A stretch of DNA of 64,000 nucleotides from Phycisphaerae bacterium (GCA_016782885.1 JADHXQ010000009.1:276-64275); one strand, 5' to 3'; shown: positions 19,884 through 29,638, numbered from the stretch's first letter. The notes: generated by a model from the letters alone, not told the origin. A program made the numbers and translations.

Positions 19884-22016
19884 TCAGGGCGCCAGGCGGA
19901 TGCGCACGTCTGCTACCAGGTTGCCCGTGTCGGCGGATCCGACCAGCAGCGGGTTGATGTCCAGTTCGCCGATTCGGGGGTGGTCGGATACGAGTTGGCC
20001 CAACCGGCGGAGGCATTCCTCGATACCGCCCACGTCCGCACTGGCCGTACCACGCGCTCCGGTCAGGATTTCGTAGGCCTTCACGCCGCGCACCATCGAA
20101 GCGGCCCGCTGGGCGGTGACCGGCGCCAGGGCGAACGTCACGTCCTTGAACACCTCCACAAACAGACCGCCCAGCCCGAACATGACGGTCGGACCGAAGA
20201 CGCTGTCCCGCTTGGCGCCCAGGATGATTTCCCTTCCCGGCGGGATCATACCGCGAACTATCGCGCCGATGATCCGGGCCTGGGGCATGACCTCGGCGAT
20301 GTGGGTCATCATGTCGTTCCAGGCGCCGCGGACCGCGTCGGAGCCGTCCAGGTCGAGCGCCACGCCCTTGACGTCGAACTTGTGGATGATATCCGGACTG
20401 ACCACCCGCAGGACGACGGGGCAGCGAAGTTCGTCGGCGAATGCGGCGGCGTCATCGGCAGAAGTGCAAAGCTTGTAGCGGGGCACGGGGAAGCCGTACG
20501 CCCTAAGAACGTCGAGGCACTGGTCTTCTCGCATGTATCCCCCGGGCGCCGAGTCCATGACGGCCCGTGCGGCCGCGGCGTCCACGTCCAGGGGTTTGAA
20601 CTCAGGCGCCGGCGAATTCTTCCACTCGTTGAAAGTGTTGCTGTCGATCAATGCGCTGCAGGCCCATTCGGGCAGAATATAGTGTGGGATCCTGGCGGCC
20701 TGGAGAATGTTGATACCGACCTGCACGTCGCGCCCGCCCATGAACGAGCACGCCAGAGGCTTGTCGGTCTTCTTGTGCCCGGCGACCACGCATTCGGCGA
20801 TGGCCTCGATATCGGTCATGGACTGCGGCGTGAGAATCACCAGCGCCTGGTCGACGTTATCGTCGTCGAGAACGGCCTGGAGGGCCGCCGAATACCGGTC
20901 GGCGCGGGCGTCGCCAATAACGTCAACGGGATTCTTGATGTTCGCCGCCGCGGGGAGGGCGGATTTGAGCCTGCCGGTGGTTTCGTCGTCGAAGCGGGGG
21001 ATTTCCAGGCCCATATTGACCGCGGCGTCAGTGGCCATCACCCCGGGCCCGCCGGCATTGGTGACGATCGCCAGGCGCCGCCCGCGCGGGGGAGGCTGGT
21101 AAGTCATCATGATTGCCGAATTGAAAAGCTTGTCGATAGTGTCAACCCGGATGATACCCGCCTCCTTGAGCACCGCGTCGGAGATGACGTCTTCTCCGGC
21201 CAGAGAGCCTGTGTGGCTGGCCGCGGCGTCGGCGCCCTGAACGGTGCGCCCGGACTTGATCAGCAGGATGGGCTTGGCGCCCGGGCCTCGAGTGATCTCG
21301 CGTGCGGCCTCGACGAGCCCTCGCCCGTCCCTCAACTCCTCGAGGTATACCAGGATCACGTCGGTCTGGGGGTCCTTGTGGAGGTATCGCATCAGGTCGA
21401 TTTCGGTCACGCCGGCCTTGTTTCCGAAGCTGACGAACTTCGAGAATCCGATACCCTTGCCCAGCGCGTAATCCAGAACGGCGGTGCAGAGCGCCCCGGA
21501 CTGACTGAGGAAGGCGATGCGTCCGCGGGCGGGCATTTTACGGGCGAAAGAAGCATTGAGCATCGAAATCGGATCGGTGTTGATCACGCCGAGGCAGTTG
21601 GGCCCGATGAGCTTCATACCGCAGGCGTCGCAGATTTCTTTGACTCCGGTCTCGCGTTTGGCGCCCTCGGGCCCGACCTCGCGAAAACCGGCGGAGATCA
21701 TGATGATGGACTTGACGCCCTTTTGACCGCATTGTTCGACGGCCTTGTGGCAGACGTTGGACGGGTAGACGATGACGGCCTGGTCGACCTCGTCGGGGAT
21801 GTCCAGCACGTAGCGGTAGGCCTTGACCGCATAGATGCTCCGCTTGAACGGCGCCACCGGATAGAGCACGCCGGTGTACCCGCTGGTGAGGATATTGCGG
21901 AATATATCGTTGGGTACGGTCTCGGGTGTGGGTGTCACGCCGAGTACGGCGACGCTTTTGGGGTAGAAGATGCTGTCCAGCGGATGCGATTCGTTCCTGG
22001 CGGTCTGGTCGGACAT
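19884..22016 (-). CDS. ADP-forming acetyl/acyl-CoA synthetase family protein (fused alpha+beta)
   Basis: 710 aa. CoA-binding N-terminus PKSVAVLGVT, a succinyl-CoA-synthetase-like middle region (FLSQSGAL, ASHTGSLAG) and a C-terminal ATP-grasp part. Confidence 0.8.
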   Translation of the reverse strand: MSDQTARNESHPLDSIFYPKSVAVLGVTPTPETVPNDIFRNILTSGYTGVLYPVAPFKRSIYAVKAYRYVLDIPDEVDQAVIVYPSNVCHKAVEQCGQKGVKSIIMISAGFREVGPEGAKRETGVKEICDACGMKLIGPNCLGVINTDPISMLNASFARKMPARGRIAFLSQSGALCTAVLDYALGKGIGFSKFVSFGNKAGVTEIDLMRYLHKDPQTDVILVYLEELRDGRGLVEAAREITRGPGAKPILLIKSGRTVQGADAAASHTGSLAGEDVISDAVLKEAGIIRVDTIDKLFNSAIMMTYQPPPRGRRLAIVTNAGGPGVMATDAAVNMGLEIPRFDDETTGRLKSALPAAANIKNPVDVIGDARADRYSAALQAVLDDDNVDQALVILTPQSMTDIEAIAECVVAGHKKTDKPLACSFMGGRDVQVGINILQAARIPHYILPEWACSALIDSNTFNEWKNSPAPEFKPLDVDAAAARAVMDSAPGGYMREDQCLDVLRAYGFPVPRYKLCTSADDAAAFADELRCPVVLRVVSPDIIHKFDVKGVALDLDGSDAVRGAWNDMMTHIAEVMPQARIIGAIVRGMIPPGREIILGAKRDSVFGPTVMFGLGGLFVEVFKDVTFALAPVTAQRAASMVRGVKAYEILTGARGTASADVGGIEECLRRLGQLVSDHPRIGELDINPLLVGSADTGNLVADVRIRLAP

Positions 22017-22112
22017 TTGGCGTCCTTCGGTGTCTCGGTTTTCAAGGTGACGCCGGCGCGCATTGCGCCGCGCCGCCGCGTCTGCGGTAATCCGCTCGAC
22101 TTACCGGCGTCT

Positions 22113-22391
22113 CTACTCGAGATCGACAGCGACGCCCTGCTCGGCGCAGACCCTGGCGATGAACTCGCAGGCCGAACCGACTGTCTCGACTGACAGGGCG
22201 GCGTCTTCGTCCATCTCGATACCGAACTCTTCCTCGAACATCGCCACCAGCTCGACCGACTGGACACTTTCGGCGCCCAGGTCGAAGGTGAAGCTGTGCT
22301 CGGCCTGGATCTCGCCCGGATCTATGTTAAGCGTCCTGCCCGTTACGGCTTTTACTCTGTCTTCCACTGTTGCCACGGTTTCGTCTCCCAT
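22113..22391 (-). CDS. acyl carrier protein-like (phosphopantetheine-binding)
   Basis: 92 aa. FDLGAESVQSVELVAMFEEEFGIEMDED fits the ACP helix II context, with Ser in the D-L-G-x-(D/E)-S motif. Confidence 0.6.
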   Translation of the reverse strand: MGDETVATVEDRVKAVTGRTLNIDPGEIQAEHSFTFDLGAESVQSVELVAMFEEEFGIEMDEDAALSVETVGSACEFIARVCAEQGVAVDLE

Positions 22392-22422
22392 GTTTATGCA
22401 CTGTGTGCGTTTATTGATGATT

Positions 22423-23715
22423 TCAGGAGTGCTGCCTTGCGGCCATTTGTTTGCGGCCCTTCTTGATCGCCTCGTCGCGAGGCTCGCTCGTCAGTTCGAA
22501 AACCGCATCGAACATGGCCTCGTGGGCGCCGGTGAATTCCTTGCCCCGCCGGCTCATCGCCATCCGGGCCGTCTCGTACAGCTTCTTCTTACCGAATCCT
22601 TTTGTGGTCACGCCCTTGAGGAACCACGCGAAGGACGGGATGAACTTCGGCAGGGGCTCGCCGGTGGCCATAATCAGCGCCATCGCTCCGACGACCGATC
22701 CGGTGTTCATCAGCGTACCGATCGATGTCTTGGTATGATCGCCGATCAATGCCCCGACCTTCGGCGAACCGGTGTCGAGGGGGCGCCTTCCGTCCAGGAT
22801 CGCCGAGACCGTCGAGTAATCGTTTTTCAGGTCGCTGTTGCTCGTCTGGGCGCCGAGGTTCACCCACTCGCCGACGTATGCGTGTCCGAGGAAGCCGTCG
22901 TGGTACTTGTTGGAGTGTCCCTGGATGATGGACTCTTCGAGCTCGCCGCCGATGCGGCAGAGCGGGCCGATGTAGTTGCCCTCGCGGCACTTGGCGCCGA
23001 GCAGGATCGAACCGGCGCCCACATAGCACGGTCCCTCGATCCGCGTGAAGGGATGGATCTCCGCGTTCTCGTCGATGTAGATCGGACCGTCGGCGGCGTC
23101 GAAGACGACCATCGGGTGGACCACCGCGCCGGGCGCCACAAACACGTCTTTATCGCTGCCGCGAATGGCGTTTGGCTGCTCGACGGAGCCTTCGATTCCG
23201 CTTCGTCCAAGTGCGTTGAAGTCCGCGGTCAACTCATCGGGATTTGCCAGCATCAGGTCCCAGGCGTAGTCCCACGTAGGCAGGTTGGCGTGGACTGAAG
23301 GGAGGACCTCGCGAGCGTTGTCGATCCAACTTGTGATGTCCTCGCCCTGGATTCTGCCCAGGTCATCGGCGCCGACGCGCACATACTGCACGCCGCCGTC
23401 TTCGCCCAGACCCACTTCGCCGGGCCCGGCCGTCTCGATGTCAAACGAATCGGCCTTGACGCGGGCGTTGACCAGGAGCAGATCATCGGCGCCCAGGGCG
23501 CCCGGATCGTTGACGGGCCATTGCGTCTCGGTGCGGTAGACTCCCGCCATGTATTCCGGTATGAAGCAGGCGACGTCGGTCGCTTTAGTTCGGGCGATGA
23601 GCTTTTCGGCGAGGCTGGTCATGCCGCACCGCAACTCGAACAGCGGTCTGCTGAGGCCTACCGGGTCGAAGTTGCGCCGCCCGGTTGCATCGATATCCAG
23701 CAGTATCAGTTTCAA
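22423..23715 (-). CDS. GlmU-like putative sugar nucleotidyltransferase / left-handed beta-helix acyltransferase-like protein
   Basis: The N-terminal LKLILLD...PLFELRCGMTSL pattern and C-terminal hexapeptide-like repeats (IGPLCRIGGELEESIIQGHSNK, VGEWVNLGAQTS) support the call. The start is proposed at TTG 23715, 8 nt after AAGGAGA. The ORF track start at 23793 is an upper bound. Confidence 0.6.
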   Translation of the reverse strand: MKLILLDIDATGRRNFDPVGLSRPLFELRCGMTSLAEKLIARTKATDVACFIPEYMAGVYRTETQWPVNDPGALGADDLLLVNARVKADSFDIETAGPGEVGLGEDGGVQYVRVGADDLGRIQGEDITSWIDNAREVLPSVHANLPTWDYAWDLMLANPDELTADFNALGRSGIEGSVEQPNAIRGSDKDVFVAPGAVVHPMVVFDAADGPIYIDENAEIHPFTRIEGPCYVGAGSILLGAKCREGNYIGPLCRIGGELEESIIQGHSNKYHDGFLGHAYVGEWVNLGAQTSNSDLKNDYSTVSAILDGRRPLDTGSPKVGALIGDHTKTSIGTLMNTGSVVGAMALIMATGEPLPKFIPSFAWFLKGVTTKGFGKKKLYETARMAMSRRGKEFTGAHEAMFDAVFELTSEPRDEAIKKGRKQMAARQHS

Positions 23716-23886
23716 TGCTCGTGTCTCCTTGACTTTGTCGGATTGGAACTCTCTTACCGGCCTGTCGACGACCGATAGCAGGACGGCGAGCATGTTAACT
23801 CACTTGCCCCCCGGACGCAAGACTTGCGGCGAATATCGGGAAAAGCATCGGAGGCAGCGTGGTGGAATTGCGGGCGGAGCGGCGGG

Positions 23887-25314
23887 TCAGGGTGCGGTCT
23901 CGGCGTAACTGTTGCCTATTACATCGAAGGATGAGACGTACTTGAATCCTATCGGCGTGTAGTCGCCGTCTTCGCGGTTGATCGTTATCTTGGTGTTCCC
24001 GCGCAGTGACATCGGCAGGTCCGCGAGCCCCAGTATCATGCCCGTAAGTTCACCGCCGAGGCTGGTGTTGCCCCGGAATGTCAACTGGTCGGCCGCGATC
24101 AGACCGTTGATACCGCTGTTGTTGCCCTTGAAAGTCACACCGAATCCCGGCGCCAGGATCGCCGTTCCCGTCAGTTCCTTGACGGCGCTGAACTCCGCCG
24201 TGTCGGGCAGCGCCGCAACGCCCGGGACCGAAACGTTACCGCAGAACGTGAGCTGGTTACCGGATATGGGCAGCTCCCCGCCGTCGGAAGTGACAATGAA
24301 ACCGTTGATCACGAGGTTCCCGTTGAACTTCACGTTGTTCGGCGCTTCGATGTAGATAATACCGTTGATCGTTATGTTGCCATTGAACGTCGGATTCACA
24401 TTCGGGAGGACATGTATATTTTCAAACGTCCTGTTCCCGCCGATCGGCGTCGAGCCGTCGACGACATTAGTAGTCAGCCCTGGAAACGGCGTGAGGTCCA
24501 GCTCGGGGAATTCCGGATCGTCCTGGTCGAGGTGCATGTGATCGGCGCGTATCACATCGTCGTCGGTCTCTCCGCCCACCTCCGAATTGCCCGACAGGAC
24601 GATTGCGAACGGGTCGTCGGTGCAGGCGTAGAGGTCCCCGGCAAGCTTGGAGTTACCGCTGAGACCGATCACAGTCGCATCATCGGCGGCCGAGAAGACG
24701 CTCGCGTCGGAGGCATCGCTCATCGAGAGAATCTTGGCGTTACCCGAGATATTGATAGAGCCCCTGGACGCTATACCGTGGTCGAAAATCGCCGGTGAGG
24801 CCGGTTTGAGATACAGATCGACCGAGACTGACCGCGACATGCCTCCCGCCGATCCGGTAACCGCAAGGCGGCACCGCTGGCGGCCTTCGGTGTCGGGGTC
24901 CATGCGGGTAAGTATGCACGAGAAAACGGCACCCTCCAGCGCAATGCCCGGTATTGTCACCGCAGAGTCCGTGTTCGATACCGTCATGGCGCCGAGGTTC
25001 GGTGTATCGTTCATAAGCTCGCCGAGTTTCGCGGCCAGGTTGCCCGTCAGAGTCTCGTAAGTTGTTTCCTTGGGCAAGCTTACGTTTGAGAGACTTTGGA
25101 GCATGAATTGCAGTCCGCCCTCAGCGGCCAACTGGGCGTTGAGCGCTTTCTGCATATTATTGCTGCGAGCGAGATTGACGGTCGTACCCGACGCCATCGC
25201 GACGGCTAGCGTGGTGCAGAGCGCCAAGACGACCAGGGCAAGCACATAGACGACCCCGCGCCGTAAACGCCGCCGCCGCCGAAACTTATAACTGAACACA
25301 ATCACTATACGCAT
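23887..25314 (-). CDS. PilX/pseudopilin-like N-terminal anchor protein with beta-helix GN repeats
   Basis: N-terminus RRRRRLRRGVVYVLALVVLALCTTLAVAMA. At least 8 reiterated motifs: ISGNAKIL, LSGNSKLAG, LSGNSEVGG, FNGNITING, FNGNLVING, FCGNVSV, FKGNNSGING, FRGNTSLGG, LRGNTKITI. Confidence 0.5.
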   Translation of the reverse strand: MRIVIVFSYKFRRRRRLRRGVVYVLALVVLALCTTLAVAMASGTTVNLARSNNMQKALNAQLAAEGGLQFMLQSLSNVSLPKETTYETLTGNLAAKLGELMNDTPNLGAMTVSNTDSAVTIPGIALEGAVFSCILTRMDPDTEGRQRCRLAVTGSAGGMSRSVSVDLYLKPASPAIFDHGIASRGSINISGNAKILSMSDASDASVFSAADDATVIGLSGNSKLAGDLYACTDDPFAIVLSGNSEVGGETDDDVIRADHMHLDQDDPEFPELDLTPFPGLTTNVVDGSTPIGGNRTFENIHVLPNVNPTFNGNITINGIIYIEAPNNVKFNGNLVINGFIVTSDGGELPISGNQLTFCGNVSVPGVAALPDTAEFSAVKELTGTAILAPGFGVTFKGNNSGINGLIAADQLTFRGNTSLGGELTGMILGLADLPMSLRGNTKITINREDGDYTPIGFKYVSSFDVIGNSYAETAP

Positions 25315-25480
25315 ACCTCGCGATGCTACCCAACTACAGCCTACGATCCACTTTACGAAGAGGCGAATGGGAATGGCATCTGACAGCTTATACGTTTAGT
25401 TGTTGATCGCCGATGATTGGATTACAATCATCACGGATGGCAAAGGCTACGACAACCCTGACAGTTTGAGGAGTAACGCG

Positions 25481-27472
25481 ATGAAAACAATGCGGAACAT
25501 GCGGAACATGTGGAGCCAATGGCAAATAGTGCTGCCCCTGCTTCTTGTCGGGCTTATCGCCGCCGGGGCGATGTCGGCGGAAAAGAAGAAAATGCCCAGA
25601 GAGGACGTTATCGAAGTGTCCGCTGTCGGCGAGGGGCTGTGCGTCCATAATCTGTTCCAGACGAACATGGTCCTCCAGCGCGACAAACCGATCGCCATAT
25701 GGGGCTGGGCGGCGCCGGGCGAAAAAGTAACCGTCACCTTCGCCGCACAAAAGCAGACCGCGACGCCTGACAAAGATCGCCTGTGGAAAGTTACGTTCCC
25801 CGCGATGAAGGCAAACGCCGCTCCCCAGAAGCTCACCGTGCAGGGGAAAGACAAGACGCTGACCCTCGAAAACATCCTGGTAGGCGATGTCTGGATTCTC
25901 GGCGGGCAGAGCAATATGGAAGAACCGATCCAGCACGTGGAATACGGACACCTCGAGATCGTCAGCGCCAACTTTCCCGCAATCCGGATCCTCACCGTCC
26001 CCTCACAGAACGGGCCCAAAGCCAAAAAGGGATTCCCGCGCCTTCACGAATGGAGCGGCTGGTCAAGCCGCCATTTCCGCAAAGGCGACTGGGACGTCTG
26101 CACGCCCGAAGTGGTGCGCGAACTGTCGGCGATCGGATATGTATTCGCCCGCCGCCTATACATGGCCGCCCAAATCCCCATCGGCGTGATCGACACATCC
26201 CGCGGCGGAACCACCGTCGAAACCTGGACGCCGATGAGCGTCCTGAAAAAGATCGACACGCCGGAAGTGAAAGCGAAACTGGCCGAGTGGGACACGAAAA
26301 TCGCCGAATTCGATCCCAAAAAGGACCTCGAAAACCGCGTCAAGGGTTTCCACCGCTGGGTCGCCGACAGGAAGAAGCGGGGCGAGAAGGTCCCCGCCGA
26401 CCGCAAGGCCCCCACCGACCTGCGACCCGGCCCGGCGATGGACCAGAACCGTCCGGGCAACTGTTACGCCAGCATGATCGCACCCATCGCCGGCCTGTCA
26501 GTCAAGGGCGCCATCTTCCACCAGGGATATAACAACGCGAACGGAGGGTCCGCCGGTTCGGAAATGTACTACCAGATATTCAGCAAGATGATCGCGTCGT
26601 GGCGCCAGGCTTTCGGGGATGAGAAAATGGCGTTCGGGATTATCTCGCTCTGCACCGCCGGGCGGCCGCAAACACGCGACGATTACCTGGAAAAAATGCT
26701 CGATGACGGAATCTACATCCGCGAGGCCCAGTACAAAACGTTCCTCGACTTCTACAAATCCGGCGACAAGAACATCGGTTTCGTCAGCAGTTTCGACCAG
26801 CGCCGCTCGTGGTATCACCCGCAGAAGAAGGTCCAGGTCGGCGAGCGGACCGCCGCATGGGCGCTGGCTACGCAATACGGTATGGAGAAAGATATCCCGT
26901 GGCTCCCGCCGATGTACAAGGAAATGAAGATCGAGGACGGCAAGATCATCCTGCCGATGGACACCTGGGTCAAGCCCATCGACGACGGTCCCATCGTAGG
27001 TTTCGCCATCGCCGGAAAGGACCGCCGATTCCAGCCGGCAGACGCCAGTTGGCTCGTCACGGGCAAGGACCGACACAACCGCCCGCAGCACGATCGCCGG
27101 ACGGTCGTCCTGAGCAGCAGGCACGTTCCCAATCCGATCCACTTCCGCTACGCCTGGGGGCGCAACCCCATGGGCAACCTGACGCGATCCGACCACACCA
27201 CCATCCCGTTCGCCACCCAGCGCAGCGACAACTGGAAGCAGGAGGAAGTGCCCGAGAAGTACGTCTGGGACAAATCCGCATCCGCCCGGGACTACAACCG
27301 CCGCCTCAAATGGCAGGCCCAGAGAGACCTCCGCCTCGACGACACCCAGCGCCGCCTCAAAGAAGCCCAGGCCTTCATCGACGAGAACAAGGAAAAGTAC
27401 GAAAAAGAAAGAAAATCCTGGGAAGAAAACAAAGCCAAACAAAGAGAACGGTTCAAGGGCGAAAAGAACTAA
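25481..27472 (+). CDS. sialate O-acetylesterase-like (DUF303/SGNH) exoenzyme
   Basis: GAGGAG lies 8 nt upstream of ATG 25481. Signal peptide IVLPLLLVGLIAAGAMSA. Hallmark LVGDVWILGGQSNME. Lys/Glu-rich C-terminal tail. Confidence 0.75.
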   Translation: MKTMRNMRNMWSQWQIVLPLLLVGLIAAGAMSAEKKKMPREDVIEVSAVGEGLCVHNLFQTNMVLQRDKPIAIWGWAAPGEKVTVTFAAQKQTATPDKDRLWKVTFPAMKANAAPQKLTVQGKDKTLTLENILVGDVWILGGQSNMEEPIQHVEYGHLEIVSANFPAIRILTVPSQNGPKAKKGFPRLHEWSGWSSRHFRKGDWDVCTPEVVRELSAIGYVFARRLYMAAQIPIGVIDTSRGGTTVETWTPMSVLKKIDTPEVKAKLAEWDTKIAEFDPKKDLENRVKGFHRWVADRKKRGEKVPADRKAPTDLRPGPAMDQNRPGNCYASMIAPIAGLSVKGAIFHQGYNNANGGSAGSEMYYQIFSKMIASWRQAFGDEKMAFGIISLCTAGRPQTRDDYLEKMLDDGIYIREAQYKTFLDFYKSGDKNIGFVSSFDQRRSWYHPQKKVQVGERTAAWALATQYGMEKDIPWLPPMYKEMKIEDGKIILPMDTWVKPIDDGPIVGFAIAGKDRRFQPADASWLVTGKDRHNRPQHDRRTVVLSSRHVPNPIHFRYAWGRNPMGNLTRSDHTTIPFATQRSDNWKQEEVPEKYVWDKSASARDYNRRLKWQAQRDLRLDDTQRRLKEAQAFIDENKEKYEKERKSWEENKAKQRERFKGEKN

Positions 27473-27480
27473 TCAGCGCC

Positions 27481-27522
27481 AAGCCGCAAGCGGCGAATCT
27501 CGAGTCGTGCCGCTTGCGGCTT
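27481..27522. terminator. strong hairpin between convergent genes (bidirectional terminator candidate)
   Basis: AAGCCGCAAGCGGC-N14-GCCGCTTGCGGCTT, a perfect 14-bp stem. It lies 9 nt after the esterase stop and 36 nt after the stop of the minus-strand gene. No U-run follows. Confidence 0.45.
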
Positions 27523-27557
27523 AGCAGGAATTGGGGGTCCCCAATGTCCCCCCAACA

Positions 27558-28376
27558 TCACGGACTGCTGGAGGGAGTAAGATTTATACACGTGCTTCGC
27601 GGACGAGCGTTCCAGTACCACGCATCGCCGAAATGGAGAACTCGTTCCGAGACGAGTGCCCATATGCCCGAATCCGGTAACTGATTCAGGTCTGCCCCGA
27701 CCTTCAATCCAAGGAATCTCTTGACGGGTGCTTTTCCCCTGCCGAGGAATAAGTTATAAAGACACTGTTGTTCTCTGAAGTTCTCCAACCAGGCTTGCAT
27801 CCGTTCCGGATCGTTGGCAGCCTCCACTTCGGCGTAAAAACGGCGACGAGACATCGGTCGCCAGCGATATGCGAAGACCGCAAGAACCAATCCGCCGAAC
27901 AGAAATGGCGAAACAATGGCTGGGCCTATCCATACGTTTTCGCTAATCCCTCCTGGGCGACTTGACTCCTTGATGTATACCAGCCACATCACATAGCAGA
28001 AGGGCGCCAGGAACACCGCCGCGAAGCAGCACATCAGCAGGGATCGCCACAATCGACCCACGAAATGCCAACGGTATCCCTGTTTGGTCGTCTCCAGATC
28101 CTGTGGATCGAAGAGACCGCACTTTGTGCATCGGTGGGGGAACGTGGCTTCGAACTCAGCGGTCTTCGACAGCTTTTTGCGGGCCTTTGCGGTGATCCGT
28201 CGACCTTCTCGCTCAGGCCCTCCCGTCATAGTGCTGACTATGCCGAAGTTCTGGGTCGACCGGCTCTTGCCGAATGCCCGTGCATGCATGATGAACTTTT
28301 CTTGGCAATGTACACACACCCGCTCGGAATCCATGTTGACTGTCTGATCCGAAGTCAGTGTCGTATACGTAGGCAT
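27558..28376 (-). CDS. zinc-ribbon membrane protein, unknown function
   Basis: GGGAGAG lies 6 nt upstream of ATG 28376. CVHCQ...(55 aa)...CTKCG forms a Cys4 pair. Two to three TM spans follow (LLMCCFAAVFLAPFCYVMWLVYI, IGPAIVSPFLFGGLVLAVFAY). GC content is lower than the surroundings. Confidence 0.55.
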   Translation of the reverse strand: MPTYTTLTSDQTVNMDSERVCVHCQEKFIMHARAFGKSRSTQNFGIVSTMTGGPEREGRRITAKARKKLSKTAEFEATFPHRCTKCGLFDPQDLETTKQGYRWHFVGRLWRSLLMCCFAAVFLAPFCYVMWLVYIKESSRPGGISENVWIGPAIVSPFLFGGLVLAVFAYRWRPMSRRRFYAEVEAANDPERMQAWLENFREQQCLYNLFLGRGKAPVKRFLGLKVGADLNQLPDSGIWALVSERVLHFGDAWYWNARPRSTCINLTPSSSP

Positions 28377-28680
28377 TGCGATCTCTCCCTAAGCCGGGAT
28401 TCTTGATGTATTATGATCTCGCTGGTGCTGCCGTGGCATGCCGCCGGGAGCATGCATTTCATCGCCGCCTGCTTGCGGGTGTCGCGTTTGACGCAGAGCA
28501 GGTATCAGTTCATAAAGTCCATTTCCGCCTCCAGAGCGTCACTCGTCGCTGGGTTCATCATCTACCCATTCCACCAATCGGCCGCCCATCCGGACGAAGC
28601 AGTACACAGCAGAACCACACAGATACGCCATATACTCTTCAATCGCATAACCAAAATGTATCCGTTTCCCAACCGTCTGA

Positions 28681-28718
28681 CAAGAACCTGGAGCCAAGAA
28701 CCTGGAGCCAAGAACCTG
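28681..28718. repeat. tandem 14-nt array CAAGAACCTGGAGC x2.7
   Basis: Two perfect copies at 28681..28694 and 28695..28708, plus CAAGAACCTG at 28709..28718. The word AGAACCTG recurs with the same 14-nt period at 30017 and 30031. Confidence 0.9.
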
Positions 28719-28858
28719 AAACGTGACAAAGCCTGCCCTCAATATATTCTGTTTAGCAGCCGACGATCCGTCGGCCTGTTTTCGACTGCGTCGGAATTGT
28801 CGTCGTCTCAAGACAGCGAAGCGTGACAAACCCGTCGGATGCGTGGTACTATCTCTTA

Positions 28859-29638
28859 ATGCCGACTCAACGACGAAACTGGGCGCGTGACGAACTTGTC
28901 GTCGCATTCAATCTGTATTGCCGGATGCCGTTCGGCCAGATCCGCCATCAAAACCCGGTGATCGTTCAGTTGGCGCAGAGTATCGGGCGGACGCCCAGCG
29001 CACTGTCGATGAAAATGGGCAACTTCGCCCGCCTGGACCCCGCCCACCAAAGACGGAACGTCGGCGGACTTTCTCACGGCGGGAAGTTGGATAGGCAGGT
29101 CTGGGATGAGTTTCACGCAAACTGGGAAACGTTGGCGCTGGAAAGTCAATTGGCATTGCAGCGTTTGGACGCTGGAGTAAATGGAGATCAAGAGCTTGAG
29201 GCGCCCGTGCTTCCAGGCGATAAGCCCAGCGAGATAACTCGCCAGGTCAAAGTGCGGTTAGTGCAACGGTTCTTCCGCGATAGCGTCTTGTCGAGTTATG
29301 ACTACGCCTGCACGATCTGCGAACTCCGCCTGCGGAAGATGCTCAACGCCAGTCACATAATCCCCTGGTCGGTGGACGCAGCCAGGCGGGCCGACCCGCG
29401 CAACGGATTATCGCTGTGCGCATTTCACGATCGGGCTTTCGACCGCGGCCTGATAACGCTGGATGAGCATCTCAGGGTGACTGTGTCGGAGCAGGCAAGA
29501 ATCGAAGACCCGCCCAAATTACACCACGTCGGTCTGCTGGAGATAGAAAACCGCCCAATCCGCTTACCCGAAAGATTCCACCCCGACGCCGAAGCGTTGG
29601 CGTATCACCGCGAAAACATTTTCCTTGATGCTGGATAG
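28859..29638 (+). CDS. HNH endonuclease (type IV restriction-like HNH_2 class)
   Basis: CTICELRLRKMLNASHIIPWSVDAARRADPRNGLSLCAFHDRAFDRGLITLDE. The N-terminal domain is RNWARDELVVAFNLYCRMPFGQI. Start ATG 28859 is preferred over GTG 28823. Confidence 0.8.
   Translation: MPTQRRNWARDELVVAFNLYCRMPFGQIRHQNPVIVQLAQSIGRTPSALSMKMGNFARLDPAHQRRNVGGLSHGGKLDRQVWDEFHANWETLALESQLALQRLDAGVNGDQELEAPVLPGDKPSEITRQVKVRLVQRFFRDSVLSSYDYACTICELRLRKMLNASHIIPWSVDAARRADPRNGLSLCAFHDRAFDRGLITLDEHLRVTVSEQARIEDPPKLHHVGLLEIENRPIRLPERFHPDAEALAYHRENIFLDAG

Noticed and set aside
19980-22193. 737-aa ORF antisense to the acyl-CoA synthetase gene. Similar long antisense or out-of-frame ORFs occur at 8734..10113, 39125..40210, 41701..42834, 47391..49070, 25783..26532, 26498..27442 and 33472..34578.
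   Set aside because: These are typical shadow ORFs of GC-rich DNA. They are Arg/Gly/Pro/Ala-rich, carry no motifs, and each fully overlaps a CDS with clear family signatures on the other strand or frame.
28376-28907. ORFs 28376..28726 (+), 28413..28826 (+) and 28539..28907 (-) in the islet spacer.
   Set aside because: They overlap one another, run through the 14-mer tandem array, and have no RBS or motif.
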